Shown here: positions 1 to 12,189 of the stretch, piece by piece
Layout: every line of letters starts with the position of its first letter
Position numbering within the stretch: position 1 is the first letter of the stretch
Assembly: GCF_030028105.1 (NCBI RefSeq)
Contig: NC_092374.1
Location: forward strand, 175,112,057-175,176,056
Length of the DNA stretch: 64,000 nucleotides
Reading direction: 5' to 3'
DNA from: Mobula birostris
Taxonomy: Eukaryota
Made by a program: the position numbers and the translations under genes
Notes under the pieces: model-generated
Told to the model about the DNA's origin: nothing
What the model saw: only the letters and a program-made list of their open reading frames with translations
Database searches by the model: none

Positions 1-905
1 GTAGAGAGAAGGCACAGGACACAGGAGACTGGGTGACAGTCAGGAGAGGGAAAGGAGTTAAACTACCAGTGCAGAGTACCCCTATGGCCACCCCTCAACA
101 ACAGGTATATCACTTTGGATACTATGGGTGCAGATGACCTAGCACAGAAAAGTCGCAGTGGTTGGACCTCTGGCACTGGGTCTGGATCTGTAACTCTGAA
201 AGGAAGAGGGGAGAAGAGGCGAGCTGTGGTGAAAGGGGATTTGTTAGTTAGGGGAACAGAAAGGTTCTGTATGTTGCCTCCCGGGTGCCAGGGTCTGGGA
301 CATCACGGATTGACTCCTCAGCATTCTTAAGGGGGAGGGTGAACAGCCGGAAGTTGTGGTCCATGTAGGTATCCACGACCTGGGCAGGAAGAGTGATGAG
401 GTTCAGCAAAAAATGTGCTGGAGTTCAGGGAGTTAGGTACTAAGTGAAAGGGCAGGACCTCCAGAGTTGTGATCTTAAAATTTTTATCCATGCCACGTGC
501 TAATGAGGCTAGAAATAGGAATTTATACAATTCAACAAATGGCTAAGGAGTTGGTGCAGGAGGAAAGGCATAGAGTTTTGGATCATTGGGCTCTTTTCCA
601 GGGAAGGTGGGACCTGTACAGAAGAGACTGTTTGTACCTAAACTGGAAGAGGACTAATATCCTAGCGGGAAAGTTTGCTGGTGCTGCACAGGGAGGTGGG
701 TGGGTTTAAACTAAAGTTGCAGGGGGATGGGAACCAGAGTGCCAGAGCAGTTAGTGGAGAAGTTGTGGAGACAGATGTTGGTAGGTCCTCAGAGAAAGTC
801 AGGAATGAAAAGGTTGAGTGTGGTATGACTAGTTTCCTGAGCTGTGTATATTTCAATGCAAGAAGTATTGTATGAAAGGCACTTGAGCTCAGGGCATGGA
901 TCAAC
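1..905 (+). mobile_element. CR1 LINE fragment (ORF1 esterase-like region to start of APE domain), degenerate
   Basis: GDLLVRG / VVVHVG.HDLG ORF1 motifs, then CVYFNARSIV..ELRAWIN. Confidence 0.8.
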
Positions 906-2520
906 AGACAATCCCTCCATGACTTCTTCCTCTTCTACAGCCATGATACTATTCCTGATTAGCAATGCCACTCTCCCACCTCTTTTGCCTCCCTCCTTGT
1001 CCTTCTTGAAACATCTGAAGCCTGGCACACTCAGCAGCCATTCCTGTTCCTGAGACATCCAAGTCTCTGTAATGGCCAGAGCGTCATAGTTCCACGTATT
1101 GATCCACGCTCTAAATTCATCAGCCTTTCTCATGATGCTCATTGCATTAAAATAGACAGATCTCAAATCATCTGGCTGAGTACATCTTTGCTCTATCATC
1201 TGCTTATCCTTCCTCACAAACTCTCTGCAAGCTGTCTCTAATTGTGTGCCAACCGCCCATCCTCTGCCTCTTCACTTCAGCTCCCACCTCCCTGCAAATC
1301 TAGTTTAAACCCTCCCAATAGCATTAGTAAACCTTCCTCCCAGGATATTGGTTTCCCTCCAGTCCAAGTGCAACCCGTCCCACTTGTACAGGTCACCCTT
1401 CCCCAGAAAAGGTTCCAATGATCCAGGAACTTGAAACCCTGCCCCCTGCACCATCTCCTCAGCTACTCATTCATCTGCGCTATCTTCCTGTTCTGACCTT
1501 CTGTAGCTTGTGGCACCGGGAGTAATCCGGAGATTACCACCTGGAGGTCCTGCTCTTCAGCCTCCTTCCTAACTCCCTCAATTTACTGCACAGGACCTCT
1601 ACCCCTCTCCTGCCTACATCATTGGTACCAACATGTACCACGACCTCCAGCTGATCACCTTCCCCTGCAAGAATATTCTGCAACCACTCAGGGACCTCCT
1701 GGGCCCGAGCTCCCGGGAGACAACACACTACCCTGGTGTCTCTTTTGCTGCTGTAGGGCCTCCTACCTGTCCCCTAACTATCGAGTCCCCTGTGACTATT
1801 GCTCCTCTTAACTTCACTCTACCCTTTTGAGGCTCAGAGCTGATCACAGAGCTATTGGTCTGGCTGCTGCTGCCTTGCCCAGACAGGTCATCCCCCACAG
1901 CAGTATCCAAAGGGATACGGCCACAGAGGGACTCAGCACTGCCTTCTTTCTCCCTTTACCTCTCTCTTGGTGTTCACCCACCTACTCCCTGAATTCTGCA
2001 CACTGGGTGTAACCACCTGCTTGAAAGTCATATCTGTCAATTTCTCTGCCTCTCCAATGATCCTTAGTTCAGCCAACTCCAGTTCCAGCTTCTTAATTCA
2101 TCTTTCAGAAGCTGGAGTTGGCTGCACTTCCCACAGGTGTGGTCACCAGGGAGACCATCAGGTTCCATGAGTTACCACACCCTACAGGAGGAGCATTCCA
2201 TTGCCATATCTGCCATCCTGTCTGCTCTGTACAATGGGCAACCAAGTCCAAATCAGCAATAACAAAAAGGAAAAACGAACTCTTCTAACCTGTGTCTTTA
2301 GCCTCAGCTTCTTCTCGTCAAAGCCTCTTGACTCAAAGCCTGACGTTCCTACTCTCACCGCTGGCCTTCTCCCAACAATGGCCGTCCTGATAATGGTCTC
2401 CCTGCTTGTCCCTTCTGTACTTTTATTTAATTTTCAGTGCTCTGCTCCCTCCTCTGGAATGTCCGAATACCCGCGAAGCTCTCCTTTTACACAAGCTTCG
2501 CTGACCTGCAAGTGACCTGT
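906..2520 (-). mobile_element. CR1 LINE 5' half (5'UTR, ORF1, start of ORF2 APE), degenerate
   Basis: ORFs 789-1217 (YFNAMSIMRKADEFRAWINTWNYDALAITETW) and 1534-1728 (VVVHVGTNDVGR), plus GDSIVRG. Confidence 0.85.
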
Positions 2521-3439
2521 CAAAGTGCTCTGTTCCCGCCGCTGACTGGGCCTCTGGAACTCTTTCTGGTTTACTGACGTCTTTTGTATAGAGGGTGGCT
2601 AAACCTGAACACAATACTCCAAGTGCAGTGTCACAAATGTCTGGTACAGCTTCAACACAACACCAGCCCCTGTACTCAAAGCCGTGGCTGATGAAGGCCA
2701 GTGTGCCAAAGCTGCCTTCACCACCCTGTCTGCCTGTGAGTCACTTTCAGGAACCATGTATCTGCACTCCTGGGTTCCTTTGTTCTACAACACTGCCCAG
2801 GTACCTACTTTCACTGTGAAAGCCCTACCCTCACCTGACTTTCCAAAATGCAATATCTCACACTAATTCGAATTAAAATATATTTGCCATTCCTCAGTCC
2901 AATTACCCAGCTAATCCTGATTCCTGTGTAATTTCTGATAAACCTCCAGTGTTAATGACATCACCTATTTTAGAGTCATTGAAAAACTTACTAACCATGC
3001 CTGTACATTCTCATCTAAATCATTGATATAGATGACAATTAATGGTTGTCCCACCCTGGGCTGGGGGCCCTGGTGGGCCCCTGCCGACACCGTAAAATGC
3101 TGCTGTACCAAGCAAAAAAAGGCAAGAACAAGAGCAAAGGTCGCACTGGTCTAAATATCAAAGCAGTGGACCGAGACATTGATTTAGTACAATACGTAGG
3201 CTATAAACTTACAGGCCTTAAGAGGGAGGACAGAAAGTTATGCAGATTCTTAGTTTGAAGAACAGCATATAAAGCACTCAAAAATTGACCTAGGCTTAGT
3301 TGGCTTAGTAAAGTTATGAGGGAGATGAAGTATGATGTACCCAATCTTGAATCTTTATTTAGCTGTTGCTGCACATACCATAGGCCTTATTTCTCAAACA
3401 ATGCCAAAGCATTTTTATCTAGGTATTTTTCTCAACCGG

Positions 3440-3850
3440 GTGTTCTGACAACTTCCGCTAAGGCCCCACCTCCCCCTCGTACCCCATCTGTTACTTATTT
3501 TTATGCACACATTCTTTCTCTCACTCTCCTTTTTCTCCCTCTGTCCCTCTGAATATACCTCTTGCCCATCCTCTGGGTCCCCCCCCCCTTGTCTTTCTTC
3601 CCGGACCTCCTGTCCCATGATCCTCTCATATCCCCTTTTGCCTATCACCTGTCCAGCTCTTGGCTCCATCCCTCCCCCTCCTGTCTTCTCCTATCATTTT
3701 GGATCTCCCCCTCCCCCTCCCACTTTCAAATCCCTTACTAACTCTTCCTTCAGTTAGTCCTGACGAAGGGTCTCGGACTGAAACGTCGACTGCACCTCTT
3801 CCTACAGATGCTGCCTGGCCTGCTGCGTTCACCAGCAACTTTGATGTGTG
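3440..3850 (+). mobile_element. Penelope-like element 3' end with terminal repeat (pLTR) containing a hammerhead motif
   Basis: Pyrimidine-rich tract followed by cctgacgaagggtctcggactgaaacgtcgactg...atgctgcctggcctgctgcgttcaccagca, the repeat that recurs through the window next to PLE RT/GIY-YIG remnants. Confidence 0.7.
3756..3792 (+). ncRNA. Minimal type-I hammerhead ribozyme motif (Penelope-associated)
   Basis: AGUC-CUGACGA-(A)GGGUCUCGGACU-GAAA-CG-UC-GACUG: core CUGANGA/GAAA, GUC cleavage triplet (3785-3787), helix I AGUC/GACU, palindromic ACGU helix III. Helix II is imperfect. Confidence 0.6.
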
Positions 3851-4504
3851 TTATTTAAAAGATTTTACTGTTTGAACTCCCTGAAATCAGTTGACATTAT
3901 AATAGAGTATGTATTTATGTCTGTATCGGCCAAAGATATGTTCTTAACCTTACAATGCTACGATGATCGTAATTTGTTTTAAAGGAGAACGCAGTATGTG
4001 ACAACCTATCTATAAACCTGAGCCCACTGCCCGTCTCTATTGACAAACTGGGAACAGACTATTTTATGTCTCAGGATCAGAGAATTTGAGTCGTTGGTCC
4101 TTGATCCTTCCCTGAGAGAGGTCTGCAATCTGTCGCCGAGACCAGAGTGACAGTGGGTTAAAAACTGTGAGTTAGTTGGGGAGAAACTGCATGGGTTTGT
4201 AAAGAGTGGGTCCATTCACAAACCTGGAGGGAAATCTGATGAGGGGACTGAGGTAGCGGACAGGACAGGTCTGCCTGTTTTCATATCAACTTCAGGAAGG
4301 GAATTGCTGTTGACCGGAGCTAGTCCATGGAGATGACGGGGGGTGTTGGCAGGAGACGAGAAATCGGGATAATGGCCAGACACTTGGCTGGACAGGTGTG
4401 AAGGTCCAACTGCCCCGGGCACTGATTACAGCTTGTCGATTGGGTTCTGGGGTCCATGACGGCCAGAGCGGGAGTTCTCTGTGTGGCGGCGTTAGAGCAA
4501 TAAG

Positions 4505-5785
4505 GGGGCATAGAAACATAGAAAATAGGTGCAGGAGTAGGCCATTCGGCCCTTCGAGCCTGCACCGCCATTCAGTATGATCATGGCTGATCATCCAACT
4601 CAGAACCCTGTACCTGCCTTCTCTCCATACCCCTGATCCCTTTAGCCACAAGGGCCATATCTAACTCCCTCTTAATTATAGCCAATGAACTGGCCTCAAC
4701 TGTTTCCTGTGGCAGAGAATTCCACAGATTCACCACTCTCTGTGTGAAGAAGTTTTTCCTCATCTCGGTCCTAAAAGATTTCCCCTTTATCCTTAAACTG
4801 TGACCCCTCGTTCTGGACTTCCCCAACATCAGGAACAATCTTCCTGCATCTAGCCTGTCCAATCCTTTTAGGATTTTATACGTTTCAATCAGATCCCCCC
4901 TCAATCTTCTAAATTCCAGCGAGTATAAGCCTAGTCGATCCAGTCTTTCATCATATGAAAGTCCTGCCATCCCAAGAATCAATCTGGTGAACCTTCTTTG
5001 TACTCTCTCTATGGCAAGAATGTCTTTCCTCAGGTTAGGGGACCAAAACTGCACACAGTACTCCAGGTGTGGTCTCACCAAGGCCTTGTACAACTGCAGT
5101 AGTACCTCCCTGCTCCTGTACTCAAATCCTCTCGCTATAAATGCCAGCATACCATTCGCCTTTTTCACCGCCTGCTGTACCTGCATGCCCACTTTCAATG
5201 ACTGGTGTATAATGACACCCAGGTCTCGTTGCACCTCCCCTTTTCCTAATCGGCCACCATTCAGATAATAATCTGTTTTCCTGTTCTTGCCACCAAAGTG
5301 GATAACTTCACATTTATCCACATTAAATTGCATCTGCCATGAATTTGCCCACTCACCTAACCTATCCAAGTCACCCTGCATCCTCTTAGCATCCTCCTCA
5401 CAGCTAACACTGCCGCCCAGCTTCGTGTCATCCGCAAACTTGGAGATGCTGCATTTAATTCCCTCGTCTAAGTCATTAATATATATTGTAAACAACTGGG
5501 GCCCCAGCACTGAGCCTTGCGGTACCCCACTAGTCACCGCCTGCCATTCTGAAAAGGTCCCGTTTATTCCCACTCTTTGCTTCCTGTCTGATAACCAACT
5601 CTCCACCCACACCAATACCTTACCCCCAATACCGTGTGCTTTAAGTTTGCACACTAATCTCCTGTGTGGGACCTTGTCAAAAGCCTTTTGAAAATCCAAA
5701 TATACCACATCCACTGGTTCTCCCCTATCCACTCTACTAGTTACATCCTCAAAAAATTCTATGATTTTCCTTTCACAAATCCATG
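4505..5785 (-). mobile_element. CR1 LINE 3' fragment (RT C-terminal half and 3' tail), young
   Basis: Open ORF 4581-5732 with [29 protein letters not shown]. Tail (tttctatg)n at ~4510-4530. Confidence 0.95.
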
Positions 5786-6207
5786 TGGCGAACCGAGTGA
5801 TGGGTTCAGCCCACGCACTAACATCCAGGCCGGAGCCAGACGGACGGAATAGTAACGTATGAGAATTGAGGCAGTGGTCGAGGTCCGTGTACAGGAACCA
5901 CTAAGGTGACCACGCGGACTCGGAGGTACTGAACACGGCTGGTGCAGTGTGTGCCCCGAAACCGGAGTCTCGGTCCAGTAGGAGATCGGACACTGCGGTG
6001 GAAGGGGTGGGGGACATACTGGCCAGTGAGGGAGGGAGTGTGGTCTGCATTCTCAGAACAGCAGCTGGATTGCACAGTTCAGACAGTTCCTTACTGGGGT
6101 TTAAAGGCGAGGGGTGTCTGATATGTTTCCTTTAGGATATGTTCCCCCCGAACTGTGTAGAGGGACGGTAATTTTTTTGCACGTCCGTGTACAGGTGCAG
6201 GGCTACA
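5785..6207. mobile_element. Putative solo LTR (TGTGGCG...GCTACA)
   Basis: TG...CA termini, abruptly replaces the CR1 sequence, GC-rich non-coding. No TSD seen. Confidence 0.35.
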
Positions 6208-6224
6208 AAAGGCAAAAATACAAA

Positions 6225-7145
6225 AATATATTTATTGCAAATCACATTCTACCGTACTACAACATACACAGAGACAATAACAGTGACTAACACAATCCGA
6301 ATTAAAACGTTCCAATCCCTGTCGAGGACATTTACCGTTAACACCTCCATTGCACCCGTGGACACCGCGTGTTCCTTCTCCACGGTTCCCCAGGCACCGA
6401 TACCCAACTCTCCCGGAACATCGCCTGGTTGTCATCCCAGACGGAACCCTCCGCTGCCCGCTTCCTGGATAAACGGATAGCTACTGTTTTTCCCAGTCCC
6501 AGGATATCCCGCTCCCTCCTTGCCTACCTCCGTACTGGATGGCCAAACTATGAAAAGGGTCGAGGTAAAATGCAACCAGAAGGCGAGGGCCAGTCTCTTC
6601 CTCCTCTCCCCACCCTCCACCCCCAGATGTGCGAATAGGACTGCAGCCTCGTGTACTCCATGTACATCCGGTACACAACCTCTTCCAGCCCGTAGAAGTG
6701 ACAAGTGGCTGGGAGATCCCGTGTGAACTCACCAACTTCTACAGGGCACCGCTCAATGCAGAAGCCCCCATCTCCACCCAAGTTCACACGTACAAGGGAA
6801 AAACATCTTCGTAAAGAGAGTTCCATTGGATACCCTAGCGTTCATAGGTGGGAAAACATCGACGGCCATTCGTGTCGGGACGGTGACAAGGGCTAGGAAT
6901 TAGAGGGTATGGGGTAGCAACCCATACAGTCATTTCCTACCCGCATCTCTGAATGGCACTGGAAGTGGCGATGAGGTATGGAACAAATTCCGTGGGATTC
7001 ATAACTCCGAATGAGCGGAGGTGAGCCCATCCGAGTCCCTCCACACACCTGAGTTACACCGACCTCCGATGAGACAGGACAGGGGGGTGGGGGCGTCCCT
7101 CCGCCAGCGGAGACATCTCCTCGAGTGGTTATTAATGTGAGATTT
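6225..7145 (-). mobile_element. L1/Tx1-clade LINE 3' fragment (zf-RVT region), degenerate
   Basis: Minus-strand remnants PATCHFYGLEEVVYRMYMEYTRLQ and VPFRDAGRK.LYGLLPHTL.FLALV. AATAAA on the minus strand near 6231. Confidence 0.65.
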
Positions 7146-7481
7146 TAATTTATCGTACAGCACAGCATAGAAACAGGCCCTTCGGCCCAACTAGTCCTTG
7201 CTGATCCATTAATCTGCCCAGTCTCATTAACCTGCACCCAGTCAATTCTGATTGACGGTGTCTTGTTCGACTATAAATTAAACAAATAGTGCAAAAAGAG
7301 ACAGAACAATGGAGGTAGTGAGATGGTGTTCATGGTTCATTGTTCATTCAGAAATCTGACGGCAGAGGGGAAGAATTTGTTTCTGAGTGTGTGTCTTTAG
7401 GCTCCTGTACCTCCTCCTTGATAGTAGAGATGAGAAGGGGGCATGTCCTGGAGCAACTCTTGTTCCTTGGAAATGGATAAA

Positions 7482-7637
7482 NNNNNNNNNNNNNNNNNNN
7501 NNNNNNNNNNNNNNNNNNNNNNNNNNNNNNNNNNNNNNNNNNNNNNNNNNNNNNNNNNNNNNNNNNNNNNNNNNNNNNNNNNNNNNNNNNNNNNNNNNNN
7601 NNNNNNNNNNNNNNNNNNNNNNNNNNNNNNNNNNNNN
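7482..7637. other. Assembly gap (156 N)
   Basis: Run of N. Confidence 1.
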
Positions 7638-8429
7638 GAGATTGAGAGAGAACCTTTCCTTTTTGAATCATTTATCTCTTAAGGCTTAGAATGTGAAAGG
7701 TGACAGATATGTTTCCAGGGGGAGACAAGAGAGAGGGTGAAACCGAGAGGAGCGGCAGGACGCAGGCCCAGTGTTGACATTAATCCTAACTCTATCCACC
7801 TCACCTACTCATAGGCTCAGTGTGTTCACTCATTGGGTTAAAATAGCTCGAACACCAATCTGTTGCGAGATTTGAGTTAGAAAATGTTCTGACATTGGGA
7901 AACAGTGGGTGGCTGATAGACTCAGAGGGTCGAATGGCCTGTTTCTGTGTTTTCCCTCTCTCTGTGCCGGGGTGGAAGTGGATGGTATGGAGTTGGATGA
8001 ATTGGCCGGTGTAAACGTATTGCCTCGGTCTGGGACACTGGGGTGTGAACAGGTCCTGGTAGCAGTGGGATATTACATTGGAATTGCTCTATCTTTTCTC
8101 TGGTTAACCTGACATCTGGTGTCTTCACCAGCCCTGGATGTGGTCAAGGGATTGTGAATAATGAACCAACACTGACAGCAAAGCCAGTAGTTACACAACT
8201 TTTCTGTCCGTGGGTGAAGCTGTGAGGTGAGTTGAAGTTGAGTCTCCTCTCCTGAGGTCAGAGGGTGGTCACTTCATCAGCTGCTGTCAAAAGCTCCGTC
8301 AAGTGGGTCTGTTGAAGGTTGACCTCACTGGGACCTGTGCTAAGTCCAACATACAACTGTAGGATTTGGGGCTTTGGGTCATCGTCCCACCTTACCTCAC
8401 TCCCATCTATTAGTTATGGAGAAGGCAGG

Positions 8430-8830
8430 GAGGAGCCCACAGAAATGGCAAGGCCAGAGATGGCCCAGCAGACCCCTACTATAGACCAGATTCCTCTTCC
8501 CAAATATGCACCACCATCTGTGTGAAGAAGCTACCCCAAATGTCCCTTTTAAATTGTCACCTCTAATCTTAAGCCTCTGCTTTCTTGCTTTTAGCACTCT
8601 TTCCCTGTGAAAAAGACTACATGCTTTCATACTGTCTGTGCCCTCATGGTCTTATATACCTTTATCAGGTCACCTCTCAATCTCCTACATTCTATGGAAT
8701 AAAGTCCTAGTCAGTGCAACCTTTCCTTGTACCTCAGGCCCCTAAATCCAGGCAATGTGCTGGCAAATCTGTTCTGCATTCTTTCTAGTTTAGTAACATC
8801 TTTCCTATAGCAGAGTGACCAAAATGACCA
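8430..8830 (-). mobile_element. Degenerate CR1 3' RT fragment
   Basis: Minus-strand remnants similar to RIRG..LK..G and LWNxLP. Confidence 0.6.
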
Positions 8831-9099
8831 ACAGGGAACTGGCACTTAAATTGCTTGGAGTCATAGGGTCATTCATCACAGAAGCAGGCCCTTCGGCCCA
8901 TCATCTCCATGCAGGCTAACTCATATCCATGTACATTCATTCCATTTATCAGCACTTAGTTCAGAGCCTTCTCTGCCTTAATGAATCCAGTGCTCAGCCC
9001 AATGCTTTTCAAATGTTGTGAGAGTCTCCACCTTCATCACCTCCTCAGGTTTCAGATTTCAATCACCCTCTCAGGTGAAAGATTTTCCTCAGATCTCTA

Positions 9100-9770
9100 T
9101 GTAAACCTGCTGGTTTGTGTAGATTCAGCAGGTCATCTGAAACTTTGACCAACTTCTACAGATGCACAGTGAAGAGTATCCTGACTGGTTGCATCATGGC
9201 CTGGTATGGAAACACCAGTGACCAAGAACAGAAATGGCTACAAAATTTGTTGGTTGGATACAGACCAGCCCATCACAGGGAAAGTTCTCCCCACCATTGA
9301 GCACATGTACAAGGAGCACTGTCACAAGAAAGCAGCATCCTCACCATCCAGGCCATGTTCTCTTCTTGCTGCTGCAATTGGTAAGGAGGCACGAGAGCCT
9401 TAGGTCGAACACCACCGGGTTCAGGAACAGCTATTACCCTTCAACCATCAGGCTCCTGAATGAGCTCAGCTCTGAACTGATCACTGAACACAACCTATGG
9501 ACTCACTTTCAAACACTCTGCAACTCTTGTCCCCAGTATTGTTGATTGATTGATTGATTGATTGATTGATTAATTATTATTGTAAACAGCTTGTTTTCTT
9601 TTGCACATTGGTTGTTCATCAGTCTTTGTATGTAGTTTTCTATTGATTTTATTGTATTTCTTTGTTCTGCTGTGAATGTCTGCAAGAAAATTAATCTCGA
9701 AGTAGAATATGGTGACATGTGTATACATTGGTATTAAATTTATATTAAACTTTGAATGTGAAATGATAGC
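9100..9770 (+). mobile_element. Rex1/Babar-type LINE 3' end with (TTGA)n tract
   Basis: LTNFYRCTVKSILTGCIMAWYGN and FRNSYYPSTIRLLN motifs. The 3'UTR repeat recurs at ~7250, 18460, 47690 and 51450. Confidence 0.75.
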
Positions 9771-10079
9771 ATTTAATGGGGCGATATTGTGAATGTTGGA
9801 GTCCTCAGTCTCCCAACACGGTGCAGCACTGGGATTAGGACAGGCAGATCTCTTCTCCCCTTCTTCCCTCCCCCAGTGTCTCTCACTCACAAACTGGGAA
9901 GCCTCACTCTCTGATCTTGATCTCACTCATCAGTCTTGAATCCTTCTCTGTCACCACTTGGTTCCCAATTATTTTCACCGCTCTGAAGGTTAATGACAGT
10001 GGATCACATTTGCTATAATTGTGCAGCACAGAAAGATGCTTCAACCCACCGGATCCACATTGACAAGGCAGTTAACATG

Positions 10080-10850
10080 ATCAGTAAGTCTGCACTTGAC
10101 AACAAAATTGGTGGTTTTAGTGGAGAGTGAAGAAGTTTGCCTTTGAAGAAATTTAACTTTGACAAATGTGAAGTGATTCATTTTGGTCAATTGAACCATG
10201 GCAAGACTTATATGATGATGGCAGAGCCCTGGAGACTGTTGTAGACAGAAAGACCTGGGGGTACAGGTACATGGTTCTCTGAAAGTGGCAGCACAGGTAG
10301 ACAGGGCGGTGAAGAAGACGTTTTACATGCTGGCTTTCATCAGTTCAAGCTCTGAGTACAGGAATCGGACATCATGATAGCAGACATCTATTAGATCACA
10401 TTTTGAGTACTGCGTACGGTTCTGGTTCCCCCAGCAAAGGGAAGGAAGTCATTATGCTGGAAAGAGTGCAGTAAAGATTCACAAAGGTGTTAAGGAGAGG
10501 CTGGGACTTGTACCCCTGGAGCATAGGATGTTGAGGGATGCGCTTAAAGAAATATATAAAATCATGAGGGAAATAGACGATGTTAATGGTTACAGTCTTC
10601 TCCCCAGGTTCGGGGAGTCTAAAACTCGAGACCATAGTCTTAACGTGAGAGGGGAAGATTTAAAACAGACCTGAGGAACAACTTCTCCACGTAGAGAGAC
10701 ACGGTTACAATTACAATGTTTTTTTTTAACAAAACAAAATTTATTCATAATAAAAGTACAATGTTTAAATGACAATCGGAAGGCACTTGGATAGAAAAAA
10801 ATCCAGAGAGACATGAGCCAAATACAAGCAAATGGGACTAGCTCAGAGAG
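10080..10850 (+). mobile_element. Degenerate CR1 RT 3' fragment
   Basis: Remnants of DDTKIG, KCEVIHFG, LEYCVRFW, NFFTQRV. Confidence 0.65.
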
Positions 10851-11198
10851 ACATCTTTGTCCTGTCGAAAGACAGATTTCCGTATCTGTTCTGAACCACG
10901 TTGACCCCTGACCCTGAAAACTTCATCCCGCAACGCCAAGAGTTAACGTGTTAATTTCTCTGAAAGGTGAATATTGCATGAGCTTAACTGGTTTGCATTG
11001 TGAATACACCAGCTGTACGTCTCCATCTCCCTACCGGGGATACTCAGTCCGTCCTGAATTTTACAGCCCGGCTAGCCCGGTAACCCCGGCAGTCAGAGAG
11101 TTGTCGCGAAAAGCACCTGATGTCTGCGACCAGGATTTACCCTGTGCTGACCACTGCTGCTGTCAGTCATCAGGTGTCACTTCACAGGAACGCAGGCT

Positions 11199-11217
11199 CG
11201 GCCGCTAGAGGGCGCAG
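11199..11217 (+). promoter_or_regulatory. CTCF-binding motif in a CpG-rich patch
   Basis: CGGCCGCTAGAGGGCGCAG fits the core CC(A/G)C(C/T)AG(A/G)(G/T)GGC(G/A) at every position. Unique, CpG-retaining context (~10870-11230). Confidence 0.55.
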
Positions 11218-11244
11218 GATGATGGACTACCAATCACAAACAAG

Positions 11245-11690
11245 AGAGTATCTGCAGATGCTGGAAATTACCGAGCAACAAATACAGAATGCTGGAGGAA
11301 CTCAGCAGGCCAGTCAGCATCAAGGAAAAGAGTACAGTCGATGTTTTGGTCCGAAACCCTTTGGCCCACTGCCAGTCACGTGGATACTCCCAGCTCACAG
11401 GGAACAACATCCAGCTTTGTAATCGGTGATTGATTGTGGTGTACGTGTGCCATCCTTGAAGATCCTGTCATGTATAAATACATTACGGTAATAAAAGTAA
11501 AAACAGAATGTAAAATAAAATGTTACAGGTACAGGGAAAGTGCAGTGCAGCCGAGTAACTGGACTCTGAAAACTCGCGGTAACACACACAAAATACTGGA
11601 GGAACTCAGCAGGCCAGGCAGCATCTATGGAAAAGAGTACCGTCGACATTTTGGGCGAGACCCTTCAGCAGGACTGAAAACTCGCGCTCA
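11245..11690 (-). repeat. Two Penelope-type terminal-repeat remnants with degenerate hammerhead cores
   Basis: atgctggaggaactcagcaggcc...gtcgac..ttt.gg..gagacccttc at 11288-11365 and 11590-11680. Confidence 0.7.
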
Positions 11691-12189
11691 TTCCTCTATT
11701 ACATTTACTTGTATATAATGAGAACAGCATGGCCCATGTCACCCAGGCTGTTCTGAATTCTGAACAGAGGAATGTCATTTTTATACTTAGTTGACTAACA
11801 TATACGGATATTGACCATTTGGTAAACTCTATGTTCAAATTCGTTACTTGCATGATCAATCACTATTCACATTACAGGTGTTAAAATCAATAGAAACTAT
11901 AAGCTAACAATGAATGAAACTTTGAAAATAACAAAGTTATTGTCCCTTAGTTTGTGTGTCCCTTCTGCTACATCCTTACTTTGTCTCCCTATGTAAATGG
12001 CTCCAGTCCCCAACTGTACAAAGAGAAGCTAGGCTCTTCAGACATTTTTTGCCTGGGTTGACTGCACACTAACCATCCTTGCCTGGAGATGTCTTAGCCC
12101 TTACCTTTCTGCAACTTCCACAGAGGCAGACAATGAGGAGCAAGATAATAAAGAGGTAGATTGTGAGGTCAAACAGCAATCTCACTGTA

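Noticed and set aside
7348-7689. ORFs spanning N runs (also 58501-58883)
   Set aside because: Artefacts of translating through assembly gaps.
11120-11174. ORF start MSATRIYPVLTTAAVSHQ as the MHC IIA leader exon
   Set aside because: Weakly hydrophobic, ends in a weak phase-0 donor (exon 2 needs phase 1), and has no SXY module upstream.
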